Assembly: GCF_018977255.1 (NCBI RefSeq)
Contig: NW_024704750.1
Span: 10,478,001-10,542,000, forward strand
DNA length: 64,000 bases
Direction: 5' to 3'
Source of the DNA: Callorhinchus milii
Lineage: Eukaryota
In this document: piece after piece, positions 39,442 through 52,132 of the stretch
How the letters are laid out: the number at the start of each line of letters is the position of its first letter
How positions within the stretch are numbered: the first letter of the stretch is position 1
The notes under the pieces: model-generated
Databases searched by the model: none
What the model saw: only the letters and a program-made list of their open reading frames with translations
Told to the model about the DNA's origin: nothing
Position numbers and translations under genes: made by a program

Positions 39442-39463
39442 ATAATTTGCATATGCTAATTAT
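39442..39463. promoter_or_regulatory. Palindromic double octamer (POU) site
   Basis: ATAATTTGCATATGCTAATTAT: ATTTGCAT abutting ATGCTAAT, a 22-bp palindrome with one mismatched pair. Confidence 0.45.
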
Positions 39464-40289
39464 CCTTCTTCAATTTATTCTCCTTTTTGCTACGACTTTA
39501 GGATGAATAACCTTCCAAGTTTCATAAATGTAGAATTTGAGTTATTAATGACATTTATACAAACATTACTTTTTCTCCCCTCTTTGATTTGCTCCCATTA
39601 CAAATGACAAAGTAAATTATAGTAAGACTATTCGGCGTTACTCCAATTATAAAAGTATTGTGATACTTCACTAATGATCACTGAGCTACCAAGAAATCTT
39701 ATTGCAATAATTCCAGCAGAGGATAAGGTTCACAGCAATTCAATCTTTAAAGTGTTGACCTCCTTTACACTACCAAATGACTTATAATACCACTAAGCAT
39801 TTTAGCCTTCAAGTAATATACTGTATTTCAGGTTAAGTGCAGATTCTGAATATCTAATTCAGAAGTTGTGAGATACGTTTTCACACAATGTAGCACAATG
39901 TATAATTCCAGCCTGGTTTAACTAAATGCTGTGATCAAAAGTTGAATTAACCTTTTGTCTTTTTTATTATTATTAAATAAAAAGTATTATACATCACAAA
40001 GCAAAATACGGTGTAAAGACTCATATAATTTATACAATCAATCCACCTGGATCTAGATTTACCCTTGGAAGTAGTTTAGAGCATCCTGAAGTTAGCAAAT
40101 TCTTAAATGAAACCTTAGTTTTGAAGTCAGTTTTCTGGGGTGCTTTTAAATTTTAAAAAATCAATGCTGTTGAATTAGTAAAATAATTAATAGGGATGGG
40201 TGATCACCAATGCCAAAGTGGATTTGACTATTTGGGGTTTAGTCTAAGCTCTTTATTTGACTCATTTCAGGTTAGGCAATTCCATCACC

Positions 40290-40640
40290 AACTACACCAA
40301 TCATGCATCCAGCTTGTAATGTCTTGGAACACTTTACAGTGAGGTGAGCAGTGAGGATGGTGGGAGGAAGGAGGGAGATACAGTAATTGTGCCGTAGGAG
40401 GGCATTTGAAAAGTCAAATCTATATGTGATTAAGGTATGAGGCCATAGCAGGTGTGAAATAGGCAATGTGGCAAATTTGTGGGAAAATGATTTTAGTCAG
40501 GGACCAGATGTGAGGGAAGAAAGTCAGCTGAGGGACAAACTGAACGCTATTGTTATACACAACGTGAGTGAACTGGTCAGAGAGGGTGGGAATCTTAGGA
40601 AATAGGAGCCAAGAGCAGGGAGGCATCGGCAGATTCACTG
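40290..40640 (-). mobile_element. Decayed L2 LINE ORF2 fragment
   Basis: VYNNSVQFVPQLTFFPHIWSLTK and HTLITYRFDFSNALL match the L2 motifs VRNLGV.FD..LSF..HI.S.TK and HAFVTSRLDYSNALL. Confidence 0.8.
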
Positions 40641-40729
40641 TTTATCACGAATATGGAATCTATGATCCATTTATCTCTGACAACCCCAAAGGCTTTTAAA
40701 TGATCCCCTACAGTCCACTTAACCACTGC

Positions 40730-40778
40730 ATAAGTGAAGGGCACTAGACAAATGCAAGTTGTTGTTGTTGTTGTTGCT
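40730..40778 (+). mobile_element. L2/SINE tail remnant with (GTT)n
   Basis: gtgaagggcactagacaaatgcaa(gtt)6. Confidence 0.65.
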
Positions 40779-42184
40779 TTTGGAGCGTTTCCTTGCTGGG
40801 ATTTTCCAAAAAGTTCTACTTCATTCTGCAAGTGACAATAACTATTAGAAACAACCAATGTTGTGGCTTTAAGTCAATTTTCTGTCAATTAAGTTTATGA
40901 CAACAGGGAAGAATAAAAACAGCTGGACTACTGATGATCTCCTTGAGTAATAGTGAACTGAAGTAAAATGTATACATTTACACACTCTGATAAAGTGCTA
41001 TAAGAAGAGTGCTATATGCACAAAATGAAACCAAAATAATCATTGTTATTTAAATGGTGGCCAACACTTTTTTNAATTATCTTTTAATAATTCATTTTGT
41101 TAGAATTTCTCATCTGAATTACTTAGCTTTCCCACTTTTGTTTAAAAAAATGTTGTTCTTATTTCCCTCTGGATGAAGTTTGCTTTCATGTCTGGTTGTG
41201 CTCTTCAGTCTGTGATAATTTGCAAACAAATAGCTTCAGTTTCCTCCACTTATAGGAACCTGGAGAGTTGAAGCCTGAATAAAATTACATTAAAATTTCC
41301 AACTATTGATGCATTTCATTCTTTTATTTTCCATTGTACAAATTCTGCTGTTTAATTTATCATACCTAATCTTTATTTATTTTTTTAAAAATGTTATTAT
41401 TCCTTGCAAACTTATGGTACTGATGAGAAAGGAGGGACCAACTATGCAGGAAAAATATATTTTATATTTCTCAAAGAAACAGAGAGGTTTCGCATTCCCT
41501 TCAACTCTCCCTTCTCTAGTTCAATTTCTGTATTCAACACCTGTTTCAAAGAAATACATTTTATTAATCACCAAACATGATTGGAACATTACATTAATCT
41601 GAAAAATTCCTGCAGGCTATTTACATGAACATATCATCGGGTGACTTTTTTTAAAATCATATAATTTGTTCCAACTGTTATCTGGACATGGCAAGCTATT
41701 AACTAATTGACCTATCTAACATGTAGGCCAACGGTAGATCATTTGCCAAAAATATGATAGGATGTGTAAAATATAAAACACGTTTGTAAATTATGCAGTA
41801 AGTGCTGAGAAATGGACAAAGCGATCTTGATTTGGTAACACAAGATGATCACGTCAAATTTCATGTTGAAATTGTTGAGACTGAAGTTAAGTAAAACATT
41901 TTGATCAAAATTATGCCAATTAAATAAATTGCTTTTCAGTTTCTCAAACCTAACATCCTATACTATCTATTCATCTTGAATCTTAGCTGTCAAAAATGTA
42001 ATATTGGCTGTACCAGGTAGAATATATAACAGCAAATAATGATCCAAGCAGCAAACAATTTATCTCTTTGGCCAGATCAATATCTGATGAGGCAGCTATG
42101 CACTAAGACCATCTTTACGTAAACCATGATGACACTGGCAATCACCAGCTCCTAACCTAAATAGGGGTACATGAAAAAGTGTGG

Positions 42185-42289
42185 TAATAATTCTTGCATT
42201 TGATATAGCGCTTTTCACGTCTTCTCGACGTCTCAAAGCGTTTCACAGAATAGACTGTAAAGTGAATTGACTATATATTTGTGGGTGAA
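42185..42289 (-). mobile_element. SINE 3' fragment
   Basis: taataattcttgcatttgatatagcgcttttcacgtc..gtaaagtgaattgact is the reverse of the SINE tail. Confidence 0.9.
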
Positions 42290-42642
42290 GTGATATTTCG
42301 ATAATGAAAACAACTAACTCATGATGATGGCCACCAAACCCTACAGCACCTGGTTTCTCTCTCAACACCCAAAAAAGGCAACGAGGAAGGCAACCTCGGG
42401 TTGAAGATAAGAAAACTTGAGATGGCAAGAGTAGCATTCTGTCTTTGTAAAACATTGTTATTAACTCACAATATTAACTCACAATTTACTTTTACTATTC
42501 TTCTTTTTCCAAATCAAAGAATCACCCACTGGAAACAATCAGCCCCAACAACAATTCTAAGGTTTTGAGAAGGGTCAAAGTCTTCACAACCCTAGAATAT
42601 TAGCAGAGCAATTTTCTTATAGTCTCTTGCGATGAGTTGGTT

Positions 42643-42749
42643 TAATAATAATCCTTGCATTTGATATAGCGCCTTATCACATCTTCAAGACGTTTCAAAG
42701 CACTTCCTAGAATATACTGTAAATTAATTGACTGTATACTTTTGTGGGC
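42643..42749 (-). mobile_element. SINE 3' fragment (older type)
   Basis: taataataatccttgcatttgatatagcgccttatcac..aatatactgtaaa. Confidence 0.9.
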
Positions 42750-43511
42750 TTGATGATCAAATAGTTTCTTAATCCATATTTACTTAGGTTCTTATGCTTT
42801 GGCAAATATCACAAATCTGTAAATTCAGCTAGAGATCTGATTTCTATTTGTAATGTCCTTTTCAGTATCCCAATCATCGCCTTTCCCTACAGATAGAATT
42901 GTTGTTAGCCTCAATGGTTTTGATGAGAGTTTCCATATGAACACAAACCCTTTCTAGCAGGATAGCTTGTTCTATGAGAAAAAGCTAAACATTACACTGG
43001 AACAGGGAGCTGACAAGCATAAGGAATAGCTCTAGCAGCAGATAATGTCCGAACAGCAGCAAAATCTACATGTAGTTATGTAATCTGCACATTTTAGCTT
43101 CTTTTCCTGATTGTTGGACTCCAGTTGATTCTTCTGAGAAGCCAGGAAACTTTCTCTGTCACCCTACCTTCCACCTCACATGCATCGGTCCATGAAAGGA
43201 AAGGGAATACAAAATACAAAGCATTTCATTTCCTTCTGAAGCATTTACTGCAAATGATTCTCAAATGTCAAGTTGCTAATCTTTGTCTTATGTTCATTTA
43301 TGAATATATTTTTTGTGGTAAGAAAATATTTTAAATTGAAAAGCTACACATGTGATTTATTTTGAAAAGGGCAACTATTAAGGAGTTTACTTTTCAAATG
43401 ATACATTTTGCTGACAAAACAGTGAGTATCAATCATAATCATGTTCCATGTGTTTATTTCTATACACCTCAAACTCTTTGCAAGAAAAATGTTTCTTTGT
43501 AATGTTTAAAA

Positions 43512-43555
43512 TCAAGGACATTGAATGATAAATTCAAGGACATTAAATGATAAAT
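43512..43555 (+). repeat. 22-bp tandem duplication
   Basis: tcaaggacattgaatgataaat / tcaaggacattaaatgataaat. Confidence 0.9.
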
Positions 43556-44109
43556 ATGCTATCCCTTAAGTAACCTACACTTGATCACACGGATTGTGTC
43601 CAAGGCAAAGACACAAGAAAAGATGCTAGTGGAAGACAGAAGGCACTTTAACTCAGTACAATATTTATGAAAGTTACACAAATGAGCGCTTTAAATAAAA
43701 TCACCCAGTGAAATGTAGTAGCAATTGTGCCAAATGTTGAATTTCCCATGAACAATACTTTTTTTTAAAAAATCTTATAACTTAGAAAGATGTGACAATA
43801 TCTGCCTTCTGGTGTGTATATAGAGCTACTATCTAAAGAGGACTCACTTTTTTACAAGAATGCTGAATGATGCAGAATTGTGTACCATGATTCAAGCAAC
43901 AGTCATGTATATAATAGGATAGTCATGAAAAGAGCCTTTAAAGGAGTAGGTAGGAAGGTTTTATGTCATAGTTTAATTGTTCAACATTTGATCATATCTA
44001 GAACATGTAGCATTTCCAAAAATCCCCCATGTTTACTTCCAAAAATTACTAGCTGCATCAATCCGTGTGTTCAAGTGTAGGTTACTTAAGGGATAGCGAA
44101 TTTATCATT
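43546..44109. repeat. 51-bp inverted repeat pair (48/51) with 462-bp spacer
   Basis: 43546-43596 aatgataaatatgctatcccttaagtaacctacacttgatcacacggattg versus the reverse complement of 44059-44109, aatgataaattcgctatcccttaagtaacctacacttgaacacacggattg. Confidence 0.95.
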
Positions 44110-46074
44110 CCTGGATCTTTTACCACTTGACATGTTTTCTACACTTTTTTTTGCTGCCTCTTTAGGTTTTATATGGAAGCATGATAAAGCAACCGAGGTT
44201 CAGATTGCTATTCACTTACTGCTCCTTGTTTCTGCTACATCAACAGCATTTTCTTTCCTTGTTGCTTTTTTTTAAAGTCGGCTCATTCCTGACAATGTTA
44301 ATAATTCCTTGTATATCGCTTTCTGCAGTATGATTTCTGACATTCAGCCCAGAAGATTCAAAAGGACCAGGCAGGTTTCTGGGGGAGTACTTTAGATGCA
44401 GAAATGCCTTGAAGACAGCAATTTATTATATTTAGGACAAGTATGACATCCCACTTCAAGGAAACGGCCTCCATACATATTGAGAAGGGTTTTGCTGGGG
44501 AGGGGGGAAGTTGGTTTGAAAGAATGTCTCTGTGTTTTTAGAAAAGACATAAAGATAGGAGGCAGCATAATGAAGGCGGGAGGATAATGGATACTGGAAG
44601 AAATTTGCCTGAGGCTATGTGGCTGCTTTTCCTACTACTGCATAACTAGTATATTTATAATTCAAATACCTAGTTTTAATAATTAACTACTACCGAATAT
44701 TAAAAACAAAATGTTCAGAAGATTATGCACTGATATTCAGACACACTGCATTCAAAATCGCTACTGTTAAAATATAAATAGAGAAGGATATAGAGAGGAC
44801 ACAAGCAGCAAATATTCTGGGGCAAAAATTGTACAAAGAAAACCTATTGTAAAATTGTACGTAAATGGTTACTTTAATTTTTCTCCAGTCAGGAATAGTC
44901 TTTGCATTTTATTTTGTAAGTCTCAAGGACACTAGAAAAATCACTGCTGCAGTAAATTCTGTTGCATATTTTATTAACAGTAAAAACTACCTTCTGTACT
45001 CAAATAACAACACAGATTGGCAAACAAATCTCTCAAATGCACTTATAATTTCATTTCACGTCTTTATTAGAGATAATAATAAACAAGGTTATGATTATAA
45101 GATTCAATAGTAAAATATTTGTCTAAGTCTGAAATATAAAATAATGGTGGCACTGTAGCTGGTTCAATGATTATGGTCAATTTAAGGCTTTGTTTCAAGT
45201 AAAATGCTACATTTCAGTGTTAAGGTTCAAAATATAATTGAGAAACATCGTTAGCTTTAAGACTTGCCTATTATTTACCTACTCTACATAATATCACAAT
45301 GCCTTGATAAAGCAAAAAATTGAGATATGTAAAATTCAATGATCATAGGTTCTGTTTTTCCTCTATTGTGATAACTGTAAACCACAATCAAGTTGAATAA
45401 ACAGAAAATGAATTAAGATTACCATAATGAAATCTTTTATTACCTTGATAACAATAATTAAATTTCCAGGAAGGAGGAATATTATTCACTATGGATCTTT
45501 TGGTTCACCAAGATCCACAAGGTACACAAACAATTAAGCTTTCAGTGTGTATGTGCGGTTATTGGAGTTAAAATCAAAATACTGTAGTGGGTACCTCCTT
45601 CCCACTGCAGAGGAGACAAAACACAAAACACTTCTCCAGATGCCAAATCTTCTACGCTAAGACTGTCCTGAGCAGAGAAAGAAGTGACTTTGGAAAAGAC
45701 CAAGTTCAAATCTCTGACAAAAACAACAGATGGAATAGGAAGAGTCTTGTTTCTATCTGGCATTACAAACGTCTGTGTGTGGGAGGTGGAAAGGGGGAGG
45801 GGGAAAGACTGAGTAGCAATTTGAGTTATCACAGTATTCTGTACTTTCCTAGTACTCAGGCACACACTGGTCCGATTTCTTTTCTTTGCTGTCTGCAAAG
45901 GTTCTAAGAGGTTTGGCAGTTTCGATCACAAAACCCAGGGCAGTCATGTGTAGGGGGGGATCTAAAGAAAAGAAGACATCCATCAGAGAGGCCATTAGGA
46001 TTGCATTGTGGAAAGTGGAATAAGGTGAAGATGCCATTGTTGGGGGCAAATTAAGAAGAATAACGGAATCTTGC

Positions 46075-46315
46075 AAGACAGACTATTGAATCGGGGGAGC
46101 ATCACAGCCATGCTGGCCACTGTCCTCGTGTATGTTTTCCAGAACATGACATTGGTTGAGATGGAGAGTGGGTACCCAGACTAATTTTCTCCGTCATACC
46201 TCAGGGTTGCAGAAGCCAGTGTTAGGTAGAGCATTTACCACAGAACAATTGGGGAAAACACATATGATTCATTTTTAAACTTTCCTTCTGTGAAACATTT
46301 ATTGAGCCACCCAGA
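46075..46315 (-). mobile_element. Ancient tRNA-headed SINE (same family as 18312-18992)
   Basis: Minus strand ctgggtggctca..gaaaattagtctgggtaccc..cgaggacagtgg..ggctgtgatgctcccccgattcaatagtc. Confidence 0.6.
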
Positions 46316-46705
46316 GGTCGAGAATTGGATGGAATTGCTTAGTTATTGAAGGCAAACTACTCTTAATAAAATTCACTTTCCTCAAAGACTTTTAAACCGG
46401 AATGAATAACTCATGACTTTAACAACATTTTCAAAATGTTAATAATGCATCTCCTTGTTCATTACTGGAGTTTTGTTGCGTATAAGATAAAACCTTAAAA
46501 ATCAGGGATTTCAAGAAAATGTAATAAAGTAAACCTAGGTTATTGTACACAATCAGATCTCCCTCTGTTTAAGGTTCCACAAATTGCCTGGTTGAGAGCA
46601 CATAGGGAGATTTACCTGCTACTGTGTGTTCCTGCTGACAATTCTCATTTGCCACAGAACAGAAACATATTTTGGGGAGTCCAGTCTCCTTGGTTCCTTT
46701 TCTTT

Positions 46706-47014
46706 ATAATAATAATCCTTGCATTTGATATAGCGCTTTTCATGTCGGGAGGACGTCCCAAAGTGCTTCATAGAACACACTGTAAAGTGAATTGACTGTA
46801 TTTTTGTGGACGAACGCGGCAGCCAATTGCGCACAGCAATGTCCCACAAACAGTCGTAGATTGAAAATGACCAATTTATTGTTGTTTTTAGTTTTGGAGG
46901 GATTATTATTAGGCGTGTGGAGTAAGGAAACTTGCCCAAGGTTTCGCCCTGCCTGCAATTGAACTCAGGTCTCTCACTTGCAAAGCGAGTTCTCTAACCA
47001 CCTAGCTACAGGAC
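46706..47014 (-). mobile_element. tRNA(Ala)-derived SINE, short/young subfamily, full length
   Basis: Reverse complement of the 32811 copy from tail to gtcctgtagct; possible TTATA duplication at the flanks. Confidence 0.96.
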
Positions 47015-47149
47015 TTATACTTCATAAGAGCACACACAGTGGTCCCCACATACTTTAGGTAAACAAACACCCTTAAGGGTCTTTGAGATACAGAGAATCA
47101 ATCAGAAAGGAGCTTTGACAGTAGCTGAGTATGGCACAACAACTTTTAG

Positions 47150-47380
47150 AACAAAAAGGGTCCTGAGAATGGGGAATTCACTGCTCATAGGCCAAAATTA
47201 TTGAATTGCTCAAAAATGAGATAAGTAGGTTGTTAGACAGACACACACATACATTTACTCTAAAGGCCAAAGAATGTTAAGAGGTGAAGGGAAGTGGCAT
47301 TTAATAAAAGCTTTGGGTGCGGATTTGGACGATAATCGAGGGCTATTAACTGGGAGGAACATTTTTCCTGTAGATTCTCA
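47150..47380 (+). mobile_element. Decayed CR1-type 3' end
   Basis: agggtcctgagaatggggaattcactg (RV...WNSL-like) and ctcaaaaatgagataagtaggttgtt (FK.E.D.FL-like). Confidence 0.45.
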
Positions 47381-47830
47381 AGAGTTTCACGTGTAGATAA
47401 ATGAACTTTTCTAGAAATCCAATTCTTATCTGGCTTCATACAAAGGGCTCACATGTAATATTTTAAGAGGTTGTGGAAGTGGACCTGGAGTATGTTATGA
47501 AATATTGTTTTTCTGGTTTCTGGAAGACATCAAGAAGAGATGTTTTCCATCTGATCCAGAAAGAGAAGCCGAGACAAGAACAGGTCCAGAGGCTGAACAG
47601 ATGCCTCATTACAGTCGGGGACAGACATACAAGGAAGCAAAGGGATATGTCACTTGCATGCAAAAGTCAGAAGAACAGTGTATTTTCCCTTTCTCAGTCC
47701 AAAGAGCTACAGAACGGAGATGGGCCTCGAACATGCTTCATTTATTGTCCATGCTTGAACATGATTGGCAGTGTTAAGTTCCCTTTGGCAGAGGTGTGAC
47801 ACAGAACACAGAAGAAAACAGAATGGCACA

Positions 47831-48082
47831 GAAAATCAACCAAGGTTCCCAATTCTGAAGGCTATCCAATGTCCTTTTGTGTGTGTGGATATCAGATGAG
47901 GACAATATTAGGATCTGCTGTGAACTCTCCCCTCCCAACCCAATGGTTCAAATTGTCTTTGATGCTTATTATCAAGGTTGCCACATATTCATTTGGGAAA
48001 AGTACTAGATGGTAGTCAATATCTGTGGTACTCTGAACAAAGCGTCAACAAAGTGACAAGATAGAAAGAAATGGGAGAAAAA
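47831..48082 (+). mobile_element. Ancient SINE (same family as 18312-18992), 3' two-thirds
   Basis: gaaaatcaaccaaggttccc..gctatccaatg..tgtgtggatatcagatgaggaca..gctgtgaactctcccc..gggagaaaa. Confidence 0.65.
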
Positions 48083-49212
48083 TTCACACAAAAATTACCT
48101 CGCCTGTGCAGACATCATAATCTTGCAAGATCTTTAAGCAGAATACAAATGAATTATCTTAAAGGCAATTATAAGAAATCTTAAGGCAATATTTACACCT
48201 GAGTTTGTTGACACAAAATTAAAATAAACAGTAAAAACTAATTTTTCTCCAAAAATGCAATTACTACAACAGCGAAGTGGAGATGTCAATTGTTCTCACG
48301 CTTAGTGACTTCAGCTTCTCACCTTGCATTGTCATGACACCACAGAGAGAGTGGTAAAACAACAGGGATTCAGCCTCACTTTCCTCAAGGTGGTGTCTAG
48401 CTGCTCTCTAACGTCAATCTCTTCTAGATCACAAACCAGATCTATACTGGGTTTCAGCATTGTTTAATACCCTTTCTATATTGAATCAACACTATAAGAG
48501 AACAGAATAAATGGGAGATTAATATAGAACTATTACTTCTCAGCTGAGAGCAATTAGTTCCCTTTAATTTCAAGCCCCACGTTTCATCCAGTGGCCTTGC
48601 TGAGAACTGACAAAACTCATTCAACCATAAGATTAATTCTTTTTACTACTATAGATTGATTTCTAGAACCCAGCCTGGTATATGGTATTTATATCTAAAA
48701 TGTTCAGCTCAGTCATGAACTGAAATACATATACATTAGCTCTTCCATATTAACATTCTCTGATAAACCACAATGTCTGATGTAAGACACCTTTTCCACA
48801 CACACCCTCCGATAGAGAAACTTTTAAGAATGCTTACTACAGCACGTTTTTTTATGGCAACCAACCAAATGGACTCAGAGTAAAGTACTATAACAGCAAA
48901 GCAATCAATAATGTGTGACTCATTGACTTTTCAATATTTCATACAAGGTTGCACACAAGATCTGTCCCCTCCCCCCACATTTGCTGTAGTCGCACCCTAG
49001 CACCCTAGCATAATACAACACTACTGGGTGTTTGATATATGAATTGTGGATCTAGCAACACATCACCTAAAATAAATTCCAGTTGGTTGTATAAAAGAGT
49101 TAACCAGTCACTTAAAACAGAAGACCCAGACACACCAAAAAAGTTTCCTGTTCGTACTATCAGTTCTGTACTCTTAAGTCCCAGTGTAAGCCAATTCTGC
49201 TAGATCTCGGCT

Positions 49213-49400
49213 TAATAATAATAATAATCCTTCAATTTGATATAGTGCCTTATCACGTCGAGATGTCCCAAAGCGCTTCACAGAATATACTACAAAGTGA
49301 AGTGACTGTATATTTTGTGGGTGAAACGCTGCAGCCAATTGCACACAGCAGTGTCCCACAAACAGCTGTGGATTGAGTGACCAATTTTTATTATTTTTTC
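49213..49400 (-). mobile_element. SINE 3' half (older type)
   Basis: (taa)n tccttcaatttgatatagtgccttatcacgtc..gcagccaattgcacacagcagtgtcccacaaac. Confidence 0.92.
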
Positions 49401-50720
49401 ACCCAGGGTTTAGCAGCCTAACATCCACTTCGGTATCAAAACCACATGCAGATAAACAGACATGTTACATAACTTACATAACCAAACCCTCTTACCCCAA
49501 CCCCCTCAACACATCTTCACCCAAACTCCAAGCTCAATAGAAAACCTAACATCTGGGAATCAGTCTTTCATTACTGAAAGTTGAATTGAAAGAGATAAAG
49601 AAGAGAACTCTCACAATTTCATGTTCAGCAGAATGCAAGCAGACCAACTCAAGACTTTACACCAAATATACCATGCCCGTGAAATAGCCTGCTTGGTCTG
49701 GTGGGTATTCAAGCTAGCATATGTGTCTCCTTTTCTGTTGTATATCATATATCTTCCCTCTCCCCAGTATCCAATTAAACTGGCATATATCTAGACACCT
49801 GCTCAACATGTGCCATCTTAATTGAATAATCAAGGCTATGTAGAATTACCAGTCAAAAAGCCACACAACTAACTTTCCCCTATATATACACGCAGAAAAT
49901 ATCCCACTATCACCATCTGTGCAAGCAGTAGACTAACAGAAGAGGGATGAAGTCAATGATATCCGACTCACCACTTCATATTCTGATGAGAAAAAGCATC
50001 CTCTCCAAGCCAAAATAAGATGAGCCCCATAATAATTCCAGTATAGTTCTCGCTCAATACTTGACTGCCTCCTTCTTTCTTCACCCCCCCCAAAAGACCA
50101 TCACCTCTGCGATCAGATTGCCTTGGTCCCTCATTGGTGTAGCTCTGAATATGTATTACTGCCTTAACAACTCAATGTTTAAAAGTATATATCCACAAAT
50201 ACTCTTCACTGTGAATTTTCCAGACAAGTAAATATTCTGGGACTCAATTCAAAAATAGACTGGACCACTTTGAAAATAGAAGAAATTCTAATGAAGTACC
50301 AAAATCCTTTGAGTTTGAGAACAAACAGAGGAAAATTGCTATGAGGTTAATATATCCTAATATGCATGGAGAAGTGATTTTACAAGGTAATAGATCAGGA
50401 AACCAAAAGCTATTTATGTTTGAATATAGCCTCTTGAAGCTGCATTCTCCAATAAATGTTCTCTTTTAACTTTACACTCTGGAATGGACTGAAGTCAAAT
50501 CCAACCAGGGATGAAATGCAATCTCAGAGACAAATTACAAATACCTTGCAAAAAGGCTATAAAAAGGGTTTCCTTACCTTCAATTCTGAAGCTTTGTAAA
50601 GGGCAGAGTTTATTTGTTTTATTTCCCTTTTCTACAATCTATGTTCAAATATTTTTATGATGCTCTTTTTCCATCAAATTATCTGGTTAATTGCTAGGTG
50701 TAATGCATTATTTGCTAGCT

Positions 50721-50930
50721 ATAATAATAATTGTTGCATACAGCGCCTTATAACCTCATTGAGAGTCCTCAAAGTGCTTCACAAGATATAATGTAAAGTG
50801 GATTGACTGTGTATTTTGTGGTCAAAACTTGGTAGTCAGTTTGCGCACAGAAATGTCCCACAAACAGCCATGGAGTGAGTGACCAATTTTATTTTGGGGG
50901 ATTGTTGGTCAGGATACCAGGAGAAACTCC
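50721..50930 (-). mobile_element. Older SINE 3' part extending into Deu-like sequence
   Basis: The tail and tgcgcacagaaatgtcccacaaacag continue into ttgttggtcaggataccaggagaaactcc, the reverse of Deu ggagttctcc..gtgtcctggccaa. Confidence 0.8.
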
Positions 50931-50987
50931 AGGAAAAAGGTTACTTAGTAATGTCCACTATTCAATGACACCCCACCCCACCCCCAC

Positions 50988-51006
50988 CACACACACACAC
51001 ACACAC
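50988..51006. repeat. (CA)n microsatellite
   Basis: Seen directly. Confidence 0.9.
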
Positions 51007-51754
51007 GTGCTGAAAATGTGCATAAGTATTTATCGAATGTGCTAGGGCAGCAATTTACCTCAGCTGCAATGCAACCAACAGTTGAGGATCTTATTTGTCT
51101 CCATAGTCATTGTCAAGCCTCACAAATGAAGAATGACCTTTTGTATACTGTATGACTGCTGACAACCGTAACCATTGCCAAACATGAGTCACCACCTTCA
51201 AGAGTGGAGGAGTACGTTTTTTTTGATTTGCAGTTATTTGCACAATAAATTTGGATAATAGTTGCTGCACACACAAAAGATCCACAGAAAAGTAAAGAAT
51301 TGGATCCTTTCAAAATGATAATTATATATCTATTTAATTCAACTGACAATGGATTGAACAAAGACAAGGGTTTTTTCACCGAGTGTGAGCAGTTTTTTTT
51401 TATTATTCTCTTTCGTAAATGTTAAGCTAACTGAGGCAATCTTTGTTATTATTAATGCCCCGACATGAAAAATCATTGCAGTAAAATTAAACACAACTCA
51501 GAAGAATGAACTACTGCTTAATGCTGCACTTAGCATTGCATTCCAAAGTGTTCTCAAACCAGACTTGAAGCTCATTGAATAAACAGAGGATATCCTTCAG
51601 CAACCTGTTGAATAAGAAAAGTATGTTAACGAGTGACCTGATCTCACAACTGTTGACTGCTGAGGTCACAATTGAGTTCTGAAGGTCAGAAGTTGAATTT
51701 TTTTCATACTCAATGAATCCCTGAGGATTTTGTATCATCATAGATCTAAGGTTT

Positions 51755-52132
51755 TCATAGTAACAGTTTCAGGCAGGAGTAGAGCATTCATCCATCTAGC
51801 TACCCATCCAACATCCTAAAAGATCCACTCAACACATTTATCTTATCATCTAATGACCGTGACTCCTTTTTATTTCTAAAAACTTGTCTAGTTCCTTTTT
51901 GAAACCCTTTAGAGTTCCCTGTTCCACCACTGATAGTAGTTTGTTCCACATGCATAACATCCTTTCACTAAAAATGTTTCTCTTGCACTTCCTATTTGCT
52001 TTTGTTGTCTTTATTTTGAAACTATGTCCCATTGTTATTGAATTCTCCACATGGCAGACAAATGTATCTTCATACAAATGTTCCAATTTTGAACATCTTT
52101 ATCATGTCACCCTTAGTCTTCTCTTTTCAAGA
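51755..52132 (-). mobile_element. CR1 LINE 3' end
   Basis: ORF 51850-52086 reads TMGHSFKI..KRNIFSERMLCMWNKL..VVEQGTLKGFKKELDKFL, the CR1 ORF2 C-terminus (TRGH..KL..FFS.RV..WN.LP..FK..LD.F). Confidence 0.9.

Noticed and set aside
45542-45907. Overlapping 118-aa and 106-aa ORFs on opposite strands
   Set aside because: Non-ATG starts, no recognisable domain and no splice support.
18575-46939. Recurrent [51 protein letters not shown] (18575, 19981, 32955, 46619) as a gene family
   Set aside because: It is the SINE body read in frame, with TTG starts and the poly-Tyr coming from the (TAT)n tail. Recurrence reflects copy identity, not coding selection.
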